64,000 nt of DNA, from positions 38,728,593 through 38,792,592 of the forward strand of contig JARDVH010000073.1 in the NCBI GenBank assembly GCA_030324005.1, read 5' to 3'. The notes under the pieces were generated by a model that was given only the letters and a program-made list of their open reading frames with translations, was not told where the DNA came from and made no database searches. This DNA is from Negaprion brevirostris (lineage: Eukaryota). Of the stretch, positions 13,550 through 27,410 are shown one piece after another. The translations under genes and the position numbers were made by a program. Each line of letters begins with the position of its first letter. Position 1 is the stretch's first letter.

Positions 13550-14740
13550 GAATAATACATAAGAATGTTAAGTTCTTTAAGCCTGCTCCGCCATTCAACA
13601 AGATCACGGCGGATATTCAAACTCCATTCAACTTCCCTGCACTATCCTCATAGCCCTAATTCTCTTTGTATCCAGGGACTTATCAACCTCTTGTCTTGAA
13701 TATACTCATTAAGTGCCCATCCACAGCTCTTTGGTGCAAGGAATTCCAAAGATTTAAAGCCCTTTGAGTGAAGCAATTTCTTCTTATCTCAATTTCAGAA
13801 AAAGGGTTAATTATTTAAGACTGACAACATGGTACAGATTCCCCAGCCAGGTGAAACATTTTTTCAGCATTTATCCTGTCAAATCCCTGAACACTTTTTT
13901 TATGTTTCAATTAGATCAATTCACAATCTTCAAAACTCCAGGGAATATAGGGTCTGCCAATTCAATTTCTCCTCGTTGAACAATCCGCTCATCCCAGTTT
14001 AGTGAAATCTATATCGCATTTCCTGTAGAGCAACTACATCATTCCTTAAGAAGACCAAAACTGCAAATAGACTTCCAGGTGTGTCCCCACTAAAGTCCAA
14101 TATAATTGTAGTAGGCCTTCTTTACAGTTATATCCCAAGCCCTCTGTAACAAAGGCTGACATACCAATTGAGTCCCTTATTGCTTGTTGTATCAGTATGT
14201 TAACTTTCTGTGATTCATGTACAAGGACACCCAGATCTTGCTGAATTCAAACATTTTCCAGACTCTCCACAGCCAAAAACATATATTTTTTAAATTTATC
14301 ACATCAAACCATATAACGTCATACTTGGCCACACTTTATTCCATCTGCCAAACGTTCATGCTCACTCACCCAATCTCTCGATGTTTCTCTGCAGTTTTTT
14401 TCTCAATGCTTACTTCCCACCTAAATTTGCTTCATCAGTAAGTTTGGAAACCTATAATCAATTCTGTCATCTAAGTTCTAAGAACTATTCCATGCAGTGG
14501 CCTGCTAGTTACACGTTGCTAACCTGGAAACGTCCCATTTATTCCTATTCTCTGCTTTTTGTTCATTAACTAACTGATCCTCAATCTATGCTAACACATG
14601 ACCTCCAATCCCATGAGTCTTAATTTTGTGTAATAACATCCCATGGCACCTTATCAAATGCTTTTTGAAAATCCAAATACACTACATTTACTGCTTTTCC
14701 CTTGTCCAGCCTGCAAGTTGCACCCTCAAAAAATTCTCGA
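13550..14740 (-). mobile_element. CR1/HER1-type LINE, 3' end with decayed RT
   Basis: Typical tail (gcctgctccgccattcaacaagatcacggc) and RT remnants (atcaaatgctttttgaaaatccaa encodes LDFQKAFD on the minus strand). Confidence 0.8.
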
Positions 14741-15569
14741 CAGATTTGCCACGTCATTTTCCTTTCGTTCATCTGCATTGATTCTGCTTACTCTTTGTAG
14801 CGTAAGCCTGGGTACCAGCTGGCAATGGCACATACACTTGTGGTTTCTACTCAAAAGGGTTTCTACAAATATGGTACGAGTATTTTTGAGGTACTCTCTT
14901 TTCTGCAATTAGGTCTCTGTAACAACACACAATCTAAAGGAATATGGATGGGCATTTAACCTGGTTCTAGATTCTATTAATGTCCATTCCCTCTGTGGCA
15001 AAATATTTTTTCTCTATTTGATTTTTCATCACAATGACCGCTCTGAAATTGAGGGCTTATTAATGTGAAGCATTTCCAGCTAGAATATCACCATTACAAT
15101 GCTACTCCAATTCACTGAATAACTTCTCNNNNNNNNNNGTTTCAGTAGTTGTCCTAAAATTTTCCAAAATTCAATCTCAGCACAAGTGCTTTGAGGTTTG
15201 AAAATGGAGCCTTTCCAGTTAAACTCTGAAAAACTGAACCAGTTGTAACTGACTTATAGGTTCATTATAAACTGTTGTTCAGCATTTCATAGAAAGACTG
15301 TAAATATTCCCAAGTAACTAAGAGAGTAAAATGTTGAAAGAGGAAGTGTGGAATATTATTTTGGAGTGTTTAAAATATGACGGGATGTAATGTAGGTAGT
15401 GAAATGTACAGAATGCACAGTAAAACATAAAATAATGGGATGTTCATCTTTTTAAAAAGTTCCAAATATAATGAATTCTCAAGTTATTTTTTCAACCTGA
15501 CCCATTGTTTTGAGCTGCCAGAACGATCAACACGATAGCTCTCTGGTTTGAGGGGTAGGGATGTACTAA

Positions 15570-15900
15570 GATTTCCCAGTTTTTATCTTGAGGGAGTGTT
15601 AACAGCACTCAGACAGTATTACACCATTAAGGTTGTTTGCTTTCGAATGTCACATTAAACCAAGGCTCCATCCTTCTGTTAAAGTGATCAAATTTCATGG
15701 CACCTATCAAAGAAGGAGAGAGTCTTCATCAGATGTCTGATTCAGCATGCATCTCTTAACTGACATTACCAAAATGGGTAACTAGTCATTAACTAATTTT
15801 CAGACTGCAGTAGTTCACGTTTTTTGCTATGTCAACAGTGACAACAGAATTCTATGAGATTCTTTGATTCAAAAGCAGTTTTAATATCCTGTGGATGTAA
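15570..15900 (+). mobile_element. Degenerate DeuSINE (SacSINE1/AmnSINE1-like)
   Basis: Deu-domain-like blocks: ctttcgaatgtcacattaaaccaaggctcc...catggcacctatcaaagaaggagag. Confidence 0.55.
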
Positions 15901-17657
15901 AAAAATAAACTTCATTCCAATGAAGTAATCTCAAACTCAAATTTTATATTCCAGAGTTTTGCACAAGACAAATTGGTGAAAAGAATACAATGCACAACAA
16001 AAGAAAACTGTTTGTGCTTGCACTGCAGGTGTTTATACACATTCTAATTTCTGCAAAACTTCATAACATCTGGTTTAAATTTGTATTTTATGAAGGTCAA
16101 AGACATGTACTACAAAGTAATAAGGTTTGGATCAACTGATACAAACTCCTGCCTGCTAGGTTCATATAGTGTACCATTCATGCCACACAAGTGCCAGTCA
16201 ATGACCATCACCAACAGAAGAGAATCCAACCATTTCCACTTGACATTCAATATCATTACCATCACTGAATCCCAAACTATCAATGTCTTGGGAGTTACAA
16301 CTGACCAGAAACTAAACTGGATCAGCCAAACAAATATTGTGACGACAAGAGCAAGTCAGACTGGGAATTCTGTGGCAATTAACTCACTGTTTGTCATATT
16401 ACCTGTTCTGATGAATATTTGATTTCAAGCCTCAAGGGTTTAATTTTTAAAAGGGGACCGAGATTGATTTATTGGGAAGAAGGTGCAAGTATTTCTGCTT
16501 AGACACAATGGCAGCAGCTTGTGTGCTAACAATGTGTAGATTGAGTGTGTGATCTTGCAGCCATATTAGCTGTGGTGCAAATACTGTAATGGCCGCTAAA
16601 TCTTGCGAGCAGCCAAAAACAAGATTCGCACTGGTGAGATCTCAGTTTGAGACCTTCCCCACTCCAATGATGCAATCAAGTTCATGTGATATACATACTT
16701 TTAAACTTGTAACATCTGCCCACAATGCTTCTCCCTGCCAGCAGCATGGTATCAGACTGCCGCAAATCACTATTCATTTTCAAAAAAGAAAAGCAGTTGT
16801 AATGACACGCTGAGGCAGGGAGATGCCTGGAGTCATGAGGCATGCTTGGGCATTGCCCTCTAGCACACTGACACTGCCCCTTGGCAGAGAGCACTACAAG
16901 GCGCCAATGGTAGAGGGTATTCTCCTCCATGGGGAGAGGGGGAAGTGGGTGGGGAGTCCCCTTCTGTGTGGGGGTTGGGGGTTGTTTCCCTTATCCACTA
17001 AGATTCCCAATGTCCAAGGCTGGTGGGGGTGGGTCACTTAATTTCAACTTTGAAATTGGGGCGCTGTTTAAAAATGGAGCCCGATTTCAGATTCCTGATG
17101 TTGCCAGCATGTTTAGGTCCTGCCCCACAACCAGCTGTGTGATCCTCGCCCGCACTCTGATATTGTACATAGTGCTGTTTAATCAGGCAGAAAAAGGGGG
17201 GCTGTGAAGCCGACGAGTTTCACATTCTTGCCTTATCCAACACTCTGTCCAATTTTGGGGAATTTTTGTCCCGAGGCTCCAAAGGGATTAACTGACGCAA
17301 AGCTTCTTTGAAAAGCCATAGAGAGAAAGTAAATGGGTAAGGAGATAGGTGGAATAAATAAGTGGCTAGGAGGTGTAGAGTGTGTACGATAAGAGGGTAT
17401 GATGTGTAAGGTGAGTGGATAAAGAAGTAGGGTGGATAAATTGTGAGAATTGGCTGGGTGGGTAACGTAAGTGGGCAAGGGATGGGGGGAAAGGGGTGAG
17501 GTGGTGAGGTAAATGGTTAAGGTGACAACTGGGTAAGAGGGTAAGGATGGATTAGGTCAAGCTGGAGAAATCGTGGTGCCATGAAGGAATCAAGTGGTAA
17601 GGTTGAGTCAGGGAGATTCTGGGGGTAGCTGGTGGGAGGGGGGCTTTGTTGTCTCAT

Positions 17658-17890
17658 TACCCAGTGTTAATGTGGATTTTAATCTGACTAACATTTCTGA
17701 AGTAACTATCCAGTTAAGTAGTCTCCCACTCTAACTCAGAGTTGGAGAATATTTCAGAGGCTCATGGGGAGCAGGGAAATCGCCAGAGGTTCACATGGGC
17801 AATTCCCACTGGGACTTCCAAGGAGTGACACAGTGCATCTTGGAGTGTCATCTGGTCTTTGACTATTCAAAGACTGGAAAGTCTGAGCCA
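17658..17890 (+). repeat. Ancient interspersed repeat, copy B
   Basis: Colinear similarity to 8990-9263; both copies are preceded by G-rich tracts. Confidence 0.55.
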
Positions 17891-19619
17891 CTGGCAGAAA
17901 ATCTATGTTAAAAATCTATGTCTGAGGTAGTGCAATAATAAATTTCGACAGCAGAAAATACAATAACATCACAATACTTTGAATCACAATGAGTTAATAT
18001 TTGAAATTGTTGAAATAGTTGGAAAATTTGATCATCAAATCATAACCTAGACAGAGCTTTAATTTCAAATTTGTCTCATTTGCAATTTATTTCTCAGCTG
18101 GCAGTGTATCAACATGAAACTACTGATTTGTATTTCTGCAAAATAAAGACACAAGATGAACCTTGAGGAAGAGTTGCTTTTTCAAAATAAATCTGATGGA
18201 TACTTCTTAAAAGAATGGGAACTGGTTGGGTAAAGGGCAACTCATACCCAATTTTTTGCAAAAACACCTCCTGCCAGTTTACTGAAATGCTAACCACTCT
18301 CTCAAATACAGAAAGGCTGCACATCCATTCACCTGATATTACAGTGAAGTGATTAAGCACATGCACTGAAAGAAAGGAATTCAATCAACAATCCTTATTT
18401 TTTCTGCAATCAGATGGAATTATATTCTCAAGTCATCATTTCATAATTGAGAACCACAATATTTTAAACAGTTAACATCCTCCAATTTCAAAATTTTCAA
18501 GTAATCAATCTTTAGCAACAGTACTTCTGTTCTTTTCTATCACAAAAGATCACAAGTCTATTTTGCTCCAAAATATAAAATATATTACTGACAAATATGT
18601 GGTCAAAAGCTTTACACATTATNNNNNNNNNNNGGCCTACTCCTGCTCCTACTTCTTACGTTATTATGACTGCATTTTCAATGAAAAAGACTGTTACAAA
18701 TTTCACATCTGCATTAGATGTTCTATCAAGTTAACATCAGCAATGCCTTCAAAGTAGATCCTTTGTCACATATGGTCAAGATGGATTCATGAAGAGCATG
18801 ACCTGGTAATCATAACAATGAAACTGCACCATTTATGAACAGGCTCCTAGAATCTTACGTGTAGCTTCACATGCATTTCTTCCATCTTCCACAAGGTGGA
18901 CTGATAAAGAATTCAGTATGTAAAGACCAACTGTAAACTAACAAGCTGGTNNNNNNNNNNCTACTGAATTTAAAGTATTTCATAACATTTCTTGTGGCAC
19001 AGTGAAAAATGAGAAAAAGAAACTGGCCACACCATCTCCATTTAGAAACTAGTAATTATTAAGTGTTGGCTTGAAGCGGAAGAAAATTGTCTCTCTCTCT
19101 CCTGTGTCACAGCTAGAAAGGAATAAAATAACTTGTAGCCTTGCAGCATATTTAAAATAATAAACAGTCCCATGGCACCTCACAGGAATGTTACAAAGCC
19201 AAATATGACGCTAAGCTAAAGAGATATTAGGGTCAATGGTCAAAAACTTGGTCAAATAGAATGATTTTTATGCACAAACAGAAAATTTATGGCACAGGAG
19301 GCGGCCATTTGGCCCACAATTATTGTGGTTGACAAACAGCTATCCAGCCGAATCCAATTTTCCAGTTCTTGGGTACAGAACTTCAAAAAGTCCATATCCA
19401 AGTATTTTTTCATGCGATGAGGGTTTCTGCTTTTGAGCCAATCAGTTCCAAACCTCCAAACCAATTAGAGGAAAAGATTTCTGAATGTTTAATTTAATTG
19501 CTCTGCAATTTTTAATCTATGCCCTTGTTATTCATCTCTCTGATCAGTGCAATATGTCCTTCCCATCCACTCCCACTCTATCCGGGCCCTCATAATTTTA
19601 AACAGTTCAATGAAACTTG

Positions 19620-20100
19620 TTGATCATCCATAATGCCCTTGAAAAGGAGATGGTGAGCTTCCTTCTTGAACCAGTGCAATCAATTTAGTGTAGTTATATC
19701 CATAGTGCTGTTTGAATTCCAGGTTTTTCACCTGCAACGGTGAAGGAACAGTAACTGTATTACAAGTCAGGGCGATGTGTAGCTTGGAGGGCAACTTGCA
19801 GGTCCGTGTTTGACTGCTGCCCTTGTCTTTTTTGTGTGGTGGGGGTTAGAAGATAATGTTGAAGAAGGCATGGCGAGTAGCTGTGGTGCATCTTGAGAAT
19901 TGTAAACAATGCTGCCACTGTGCATTTGTGGTGGAGAGAGTGAATGTTTAAGTTGGCGAATGGGATGCTGATCAAGCAGATTGCATTGTTCTGGATGGTG
20001 TCAAGCTCTTCAAATCTTATTGGCAATGTCCATTCATCCACTCCCTGCTTATGTTTTGTAGATGGTGGAAATGCTTTGGGAGTCAGGAGAAGAACAACTC
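19620..20100 (-). mobile_element. CR1/L2-group LINE 3' fragment
   Basis: Tail gcccttgaaaaggagatggtgagcttccttcttgaacc is the reverse complement of the family tail at about 46990-47100. ORF remnant LDTIQNNAICLI..NIHSLHHKCTVAA. Confidence 0.7.
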
Positions 20101-20624
20101 ATGCATTTCAATTAGCTAGCTGTTGCAGATGGGTGGATAGCCATCACAGCAAGAAGCCACCTTGGAATATGCCAACAGGCCAGCACAGAGGTGTGGTAGA
20201 GAGGTAAATCTGGGTGTTGTTTGCACCCATTAATGTGAACAGGAGCACAGCAATGTTCTTTTAAAGGTGTAGAGGTGATTTTGTAGCATGTTAATAGGGC
20301 TTAAAATTATGTTAAGGGATTTAACCATAGATCTGAATTTTTACTCTCTAATTTTTTTAAAAATCACATTTAGTTTCATTATTCTAGACTTCACACAGTA
20401 AGAAAGAAAGCAGTACTACGAGGTGGTAAGTTTCATAAATCTATATCTATAATTAAGGCTCAGTTTAAAAAGTTTTTAGAAGTTTTACAGGAGAGAGTTA
20501 CAACTACTGATAATTCAACCCCAGGATTTCAATAAAACATTGAACCTCAGGAAAATTGAACTAGTCAGTTCCTTAAGAAAACACCAGATAGCTCCCCACA
20601 TAAGCAAAGGAAGTCGGAGAGAGA

Positions 20625-20749
20625 CTTAAAACAGGTGCTGAGGAATGTGGAGGAACAGAGGAATCTTGGGGTTCATATCTACAGATCTCTGAAGGTTGCC
20701 AAGTGGATAGAGTTGTGAAAAAGGCCTGTAATGTGTTTGCATTTATTAA
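20625..20749 (+). mobile_element. CR1 RT fragment next to a gap
   Basis: EEQRNLGVHIYRSLKVA...DRVVKKACNVFAFI, CR1 RT C-terminal motifs. Confidence 0.7.
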
Positions 20750-22753
20750 NNNNNNNNNNNNNNNNNNNNNNNNNNNNNNNNNNNNNNNNNNNNNNNNNNN
20801 NNNNNNNNNNNNNNNNNNNNNNNNNNNNNNNNNNNNNNNNNNNNNNNNNTCACAGCTTCAAATCATGGATGGAATCTCATTAAATCAAGGCTAAAATATG
20901 AAACTAAGTCACTATCCTTTCCTGCACATATTCTTTAAAATATTTTATTATTTTAAAATAACATGGAAATCAACAGCTCTATTAACAAACTTAATTTGCT
21001 GATTTTACGCATCATTCTTTCCACTTCATCTCAACTTCATTATAGCCAAGCCTGTGTGTGACAGAAATGTGTAACCCACATTATAATTTGGAGCCTTATG
21101 TGTCATTTCAATTTTTCAGAAAATAGGGCCTACAAAGTTTGAACCAATTATATAATTAAGAACATACCAATCAGGAGAAAAAAAATGAAAAAAAGAAAAT
21201 CGAAGAAACATTCAATGGCCTGAATTTTCAGAAGTCTGGAAGGGTTCTGCACCTTAACCAAAGTGGGGCTAGAGCCAGGAATTCCCACCCGAAGTAGACA
21301 CTTGCCATTTCCCACCCAATGGGAGAGGTCAGGCACCCTTTGGGAGAGGTCAGGTATTCCTTTGGGGTTGTTAGGTAGGCATGAATGTGTGCGAAAATTG
21401 GACAAGGTCAGTGGAACTGTTGAGTCATTTAAATCCCCTGTCCTTCAAATTTTGTTTCAAGAAAATAAGCTAGACTGTAGTTGAAAAAAATCAGTGCTTC
21501 AATTTCAATAGATGTTTGTTGACAGAAGCCTGAGAGCATCATTGTAGTATTATTTCTGATTGGCTGCTTCTCTAGTCTACCATTATCACAGTGGAGGGTC
21601 TGTAAATTCACAGCTCCACGTGTTTATAGACAGATTAGTCTTCTTTGATCTGGGGCTTTAAATATAAATGCTGTTGTTATGAAATATTCAGAAATTGAAG
21701 GAATTTACATTTATTGAATGGGCTTTTATCAATTGAAACTTTTTTATCTCATGATGACTGCAATACTTGTTTAGAACTTTATTTTATTTCTTCTTACCAT
21801 GACTCCTGAGCTCTACCCATGGTGGATACTGGGTGAGTTGTCATAGAGGGTGGAAAGGCAAAGGGTAGTGGCCATGGAAGATATGAGGGACCATGAAAAT
21901 GGATAGGAGCATGAGTCAGAATAGATTGGTCATGGAGGAGCGTGGGGTGGGGGATGAGGGTGGTGGGCTTGAGGCCTTTTCTTGTGCCGTTATTATTACA
22001 ATTGGGACCAGCATGGTGGTGGCCATTTGAAGTAGCCCACCTCTGTACTCGGCAGTCCATGGCTGCCTTTGTACTGTTTGTGGGGCAGTGGACATGGTTC
22101 CAATTAGAAGCTGCCTTCCCGGAATGAAAATCTGGCAGGTCAGGAAAGTTCCTGGCTCTTCATACCCAACTTGGGAGTGAAAATCTGGGCCCACATGTCC
22201 AAAACCAGTCTGATAATTTTGTTTTGCAAACAACAGCATAAGATATTTCAATTTACTGTTCTCTTGATATTCCAACACGAATTCCAACAAAGAATCAAAA
22301 TCTTAAAGCCACTTGTTCAAGTGGCAATTGAACAGAGAATCAGTACAAACCTGTTGTTTTCTCAGATCATACTGAGAAAACTGAACTTCGTTCGGCACAA
22401 ATCGCTCTGCTCTGACTCCTAATCAAGAAAAATTGTGACTCAAGGGAGTCAAGGTGCGACCCACCTTTCTAAGAGGAAAGGCCTAATTCCTGCTCAATAT
22501 TTCCCCAAGGATGTTAAAGTTGAAACACACTGGCTGAAGAACTTTGGACATGAATTTATGTCCTCCTACGATGTGCTACTTGTTCAAACACAGACTAAGA
22601 ATTCATAATCCATACTGAAGAAATATACAACTAGGTTGAAGCACAGGTGAAATTAAATATGGTTTAGAAAGACAAACAAAAACAACAGTATGGGAGAGCT
22701 ACAAGAAATATCACTTCATAGATAAAACATTGAACTGAAAAGGTTGCCCTTAC

Positions 22754-22914
22754 TTCATTTCAAGGACTTCTTCCAGGTGCTTCCTCCTCTCAGCACGCAG
22801 GTTAGTGAGGTGGGCTTCCTTTTCTGCAAGGGACTGCTGGGTAGAGGACAGCTTGGCATTCATCAGCTCCAGTTCTAGCTTCACTTTTTCCATTGCTGCC
22901 ATTAATTCTTCCAC
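22754..22914 (-). CDS. ERC1: ERC1 internal coding exon, 161 nt (not in the ORF track)
   Basis: Translates to VEELMAAMEKVKLELELMNAKLSSTQQSLAEKEAHLTNLRAERRKHLEEVLEM plus AA. Matches ERC1 (VEELLMAMEKVKQELESMKAKLSSTQQSLAEKETHLTNLRAERRKHLEEVLEMK) better than ERC2. Acceptor ttgtag|GTG, donor GAA|gtaag; in frame with the 132-nt exon. Confidence 0.95.
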
Positions 22915-24077
22915 CTACAAACCCAAAAATTTAACGCATTTGTGAACAACAGTAACATTGAAATAACACTGACATTGTAAGCAATATTAACTTAAATGCA
23001 ACAAACACCAAACCGAATCTAGTAACATTACAATTAAAATAGTTGGTTTATCATCCTACAGATTTGAAAGCCTCTGAAAGTTTTCAAAGGCTCAATCTGC
23101 AAATGGGCACATGGGGCAGAATCTACTTAACAACTGGCCATAGAGGCGGCCACCATTGTCTCACGTGGAGCATAAGGAACACATCACGATTTCAACGTCT
23201 TCTGCTACGACTTACCGTTTTAAATTTAAGCATCTTTGGAAGATGCTTAGTATCAATAAACTAATATCAACTGTTCTAGGTCCTTCTTTCCTGGTCCTCG
23301 TTACTAAAGAACATAGCCCTTACAAACTATAAACCACAAAAAATCTTAAAAACTATGTGATTAAAAACAGCAACTGCTTACCTGACCTTATCCTCTAATT
23401 ACTTATCAGCTGTCTCCTTTGCAGTCTCTACTGCTTCAGCAGGGCAAGACCACTCTGAAGATTTTAAAAATTTAGAAAGCAAAAAAAACCAAAAAGGATC
23501 TTTTTCCCCTCTGCACCAAATTCTCACAGTGCTCCAAATTCCCAATACCCATTCTTACTCTGGCTGTGTCTCACTGACGGTGTGGTGTCTTCGACTATTC
23601 ATGCGTAAAGCTCACTGAATCAAGGGTTAAGGTGGGAAAGTAGAGTTGAGTATTATCAAATCAGATCAGTCATGATCTCACTGAATAAAAGACCAGACTT
23701 GATGGGCTGAATGATCTATTTCCCGATCCTGGATCTTTAAGTTGCCACTGGGTGAACAGGACCTGCTCCTTGAAATTTTCTTTTTCAGGTTGCGAGCAAT
23801 GCAGTGGAAAAAGCCACTTTTGGGTCAGGCAGTTTCAATGTAACTTTTCCTGCCCACAACAGCACTCCACAGAAAAATGAAAAAACACCACCCAATTTTT
23901 GATAGAGTCAATAGTGAGAGACTGCTCCCTAGACTGGGTACAAATACGAGAGGTCATGATTTAAGGGTGAGGGGGGANNNNNNNNNNNNNNNNNNNNNNN
24001 NNNNNNNNNNNNNNNNNNNNNNNNNNNNNNNNNNNNNNNNNNNNNNNNNNNNNNNNNNNNNNNNNNNNNNNNNNNNN

Positions 24078-24247
24078 CTCCCACACCCCAAAGATGTGCT
24101 CTTAGGCTGATTGGTTTTTACCAAATTGACACTATTCTCCCCTGAATCTGGCTAAGGGGTTCCATTCGCAGACACGCAGGGTAGAACAGGTGTAGGGTGA
24201 AGGCGGCGCGGGCTCGTTGGGCCGAAGGGCCTGTTTCCCGTGCTGGG
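24078..24247 (+). mobile_element. HE1/V-SINE 3' portion
   Basis: ctcccacaccccaaagatgtgc (V-domain end) followed by the tgggccgaagggcctgtttccc tail. Confidence 0.7.
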
Positions 24248-24269
24248 TTGTTCTTTGTTCTTTTTTTTA

Positions 24270-24845
24270 ATGGTGCTGATTGAAGGATGAACTGACTAGG
24301 TCCTAGACAGCCCCTCAATATCAGGAATAACTTATATCCAATCCAATCCGATGGGTTCTGAGATGACTGGTAAGTCCAACGTGCAACTTGAAGACACTGC
24401 CAAGTATGGGGCATGTGATGCCCTGAGGGCTGGGTATATGAGTTGTTTGGAGGTTTGTGTGCACGCTTCATGATACTGATGAAATCTCTTAATGTGTTTG
24501 GTGCCTTTCTGAATAAGCCTTCTTCATCTTGGTTGGTCACAGGCCACGAGTCAAAGTTTGACCTCTTCTGGGACACACTGAGGGCATTCCAAAAGGGTAT
24601 CCCCCAGGCAACCTCCCACTGGAACTGAAATTTGAGTAGTTGCTTCTGGGAGTCTGATGTCAGGGAATGATTGACATGTCCTATCCAGTAGAGCTGGTTT
24701 TGAGTGATTAGTGTCTCAATGCTGTGAAAGTTAGCTTGGGAGAGGACATTGCTGTTGGACTGCCTTTCTTGCTACTTGATTTGGAGGATTTTGGGAAGAC
24801 ATCACTAGTGGTATTTCCCCAATACTTCAAGGTGCCTGCTGAGGA
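24270..24845 (-). mobile_element. RTE-clade LINE 3' end
   Basis: The minus strand encodes decayed RTE RT C-terminal motifs (KILQIK...NVLSQAN..SIETLITQNQLYWIGHV). Confidence 0.7.
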
Positions 24846-24879
24846 TTTCTTGTGCCTCTAAGGGAACACAGGAACACGT

Positions 24880-25035
24880 CACCAGGGATAGCTCATCTGC
24901 TCAACTTTGAGATAGTGCCATGGATCTTTTACATCCATTCAAGCAGAAAGACGGGGCCTTAGTTTAGTGACTCATCCAGAAGACAATGCAGTGCCCCCTC
25001 AGTACTGCACTGGAGTGGCAGCTTAGATTTTTGAC
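24880..25035 (-). mobile_element. DeuSINE fragment
   Basis: atagtgccatggatcttttacatccatt...ggggccttagtttagtgactcatcc...ccctcagtactgcactggagtg, similar to 60640-60760. Confidence 0.7.
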
Positions 25036-27287
25036 TGTGTTTATTTGTGTTGCAATAGTAGGGGAACACTTTCTGTACACGTTCTAATGCAGCTTCTGTC
25101 GCTGTATTTATGCATTTCTTTTGTGAGCTGGTGTCTCATTACTGTCTTGTTTACAACAAAATCAGTCAGTAGAAAAAACCGCAGCCACCCAGGACAGCCA
25201 TTTTAACAGTAAAGTTTTTAATGGCAGGATATTCTTTTCCCCCAGCAAGCAATTAGTTTGGGTGCGAGTTCGTCTCAGAAACCAAAACTATATGTTCTTA
25301 ACTGTGGAGTTTCACCATAGATGAAGAAGTCAATAAACAAAAGTATTTTGAACAAAATATTTAAGAGGAAGTCATCACCCGATCTAGGATTTGAAACCTT
25401 CACCCTGGAATTATCTGCTAACTGAGCAAACCAGGTTGTGTAGGAGTTCCCTATAAAAAAATTTTTCCAACTGGTTCACTTCTTCACCTTATTCCAATTA
25501 ATTAAAAGAAAAATATAATTTAATGATTAAAGTTGCCATGAAACTGGCCATTTTATAATGTTAAACTAGCCTGTGAACAAAACAGCATAAGTCTTGGTGG
25601 GAGGAGCTGCACGCAGATGTGCAACTGTCCATGACATCTCGCCAGTCTACGGGAGAGTTAATGTTGATTCTCGTAATGAAGCTTGGATGGGAGTTGAACT
25701 TAGAAGCCAATGACTCAGCAAAGAATCCTGCCAACTGACACACAGGGATTATAACTTATGCTCAGCCTAGAAGGTCCCCATGAGCTTCAGGAAGCTGCTG
25801 GCAAGCTAAAATCGGGAAGACTCACTCCTGAGATTTTCCCTAAATTTGCTCATTTCTGGCCAGAGGATGAATTCACCATTCAATTAATAATGGTGGGTGG
25901 CCACAAAGCTAGCTGGAGGGCCAGTAGAAGGCCCTCAAGCACTGAAGAAGATGATACTTTTCAGAAACAGAAAGCAAGGATGTCGCCAACTTGTAGGTGT
26001 CCTCTCTAACCAACTTTATGATTTTTAAAATTAAAAAAAATGCTCTTTGCAGCCAAGGGCTCACCACCACAGGAATCTTGAAGCTATTGCTGAAGTCCCC
26101 GAGCACCCTTAAGATTACCAAGAGTGCTGGCTCTCCTATTTACCGCCAAGAGGCCACTTCCAGGCAGCCGCTCTGTTTTCCCACATGTCAAGGGACTGAG
26201 TATCATCTGGAAAATTTCACTAAACCTCCAACAATGGGCTTTAATAGACCCTTAGTGCCACCGCCTGTGATTGGAGAACCCTGGTATATGTCCCCCATTC
26301 CCAATCCTACTTTCATGAAAGTGACACCAAGGTAGAATGGAGCCAGGGAACTGGCACAGTCACCAGCAGTTTACAATCAGTGCCTGTCCACCTCTGCGTC
26401 TGCCCCAGCATGATCTTAAAAAATCTGCCCAAAATATACTGTACATTTCTAATAATGCAATAAAATGGAATGAGTACTAAAACTGATCCATGAAATGAAA
26501 AAAGAGTGTTCTTGAAATTAAGTTTTTTAAACAAATCACATTTTTGAATGGATAATTTTAAATGAACAATTAAGTGTTACAAAAATGAATATTTCAAATG
26601 CTTACAGAACCTTTTGTTTTCTCTGAAGAACAGAACTCCTCTCCTTGGATCTTGTCTGGCTTACAACAGAAATGTAGAATGTATGACCTATATATTTGGG
26701 AATTTCCTTATTACAGAATTGTTGTTGATTTTCATTCGTTCAATGACATGGAAAAGCATGATCAGCACAGATATAAAGAAATGACCCGAGCAGATAATGT
26801 GTGCCACTAGAAAGCAACCATGCTCACAACAACTCATGAAATAAAAACATTTCTTCATTGTTAATTTTTTTTGCATTACTTATTTTGATGGAGACTGAAG
26901 ATGAAAAATATACATGAGTGCCTTTATCTCTCCTTGTGGAAGGGGAAATTTAAATGGAACCTTAACAGCCTTAGTGGAAGGAGAAAGATGGAAATGAAAA
27001 AAAATAACAGACACAGATCTAAATTAGTATTGGGGATTTAATCAATAATATTTTAAATGATCCAACTGAAACAGAATATGTTGTGCAAGATCAGCTCATT
27101 AATACTTATTTTGGCACTGCTGGGAGAAGAAGGAACTCATACAAGGGCGAGGAATTTCCACACTAATACATACGGAAGGGCTGCTAGGTGTTCGTGGTAT
27201 TTTCAAGGAGGGCACATGGACACACATGGAACAGAGGGCATGGAGGTATATGTATCTGTTTTCAGGATACTGATGAGGAATATGCTG

Positions 27288-27410
27288 ATGTGGAGATGGC
27301 TGCATTGGACTGGGGTGGATGCAGTAAGAAGTCTCACAACACCAGGTTAAAGTTCGACAGGTTTACTTAAAATCATGAGCTTTAGGAGCGCTGCTCCTTC
27401 ATCAAGTGAT
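27288..27410 (-). mobile_element. Penelope-associated short repeat with a degenerate hammerhead ribozyme core
   Basis: Minus strand reads cacTTGATGAaGGAGCagcGCTCCTAAAgctc...ctttaacctggtgttgtgagacttcttactg. Confidence 0.6.

Noticed and set aside
1-22753. Next ERC1 exon (QEALLAAISEKDANIALLEL...)
   Set aside because: Not found by eye; it probably lies left of the window or in a gap.
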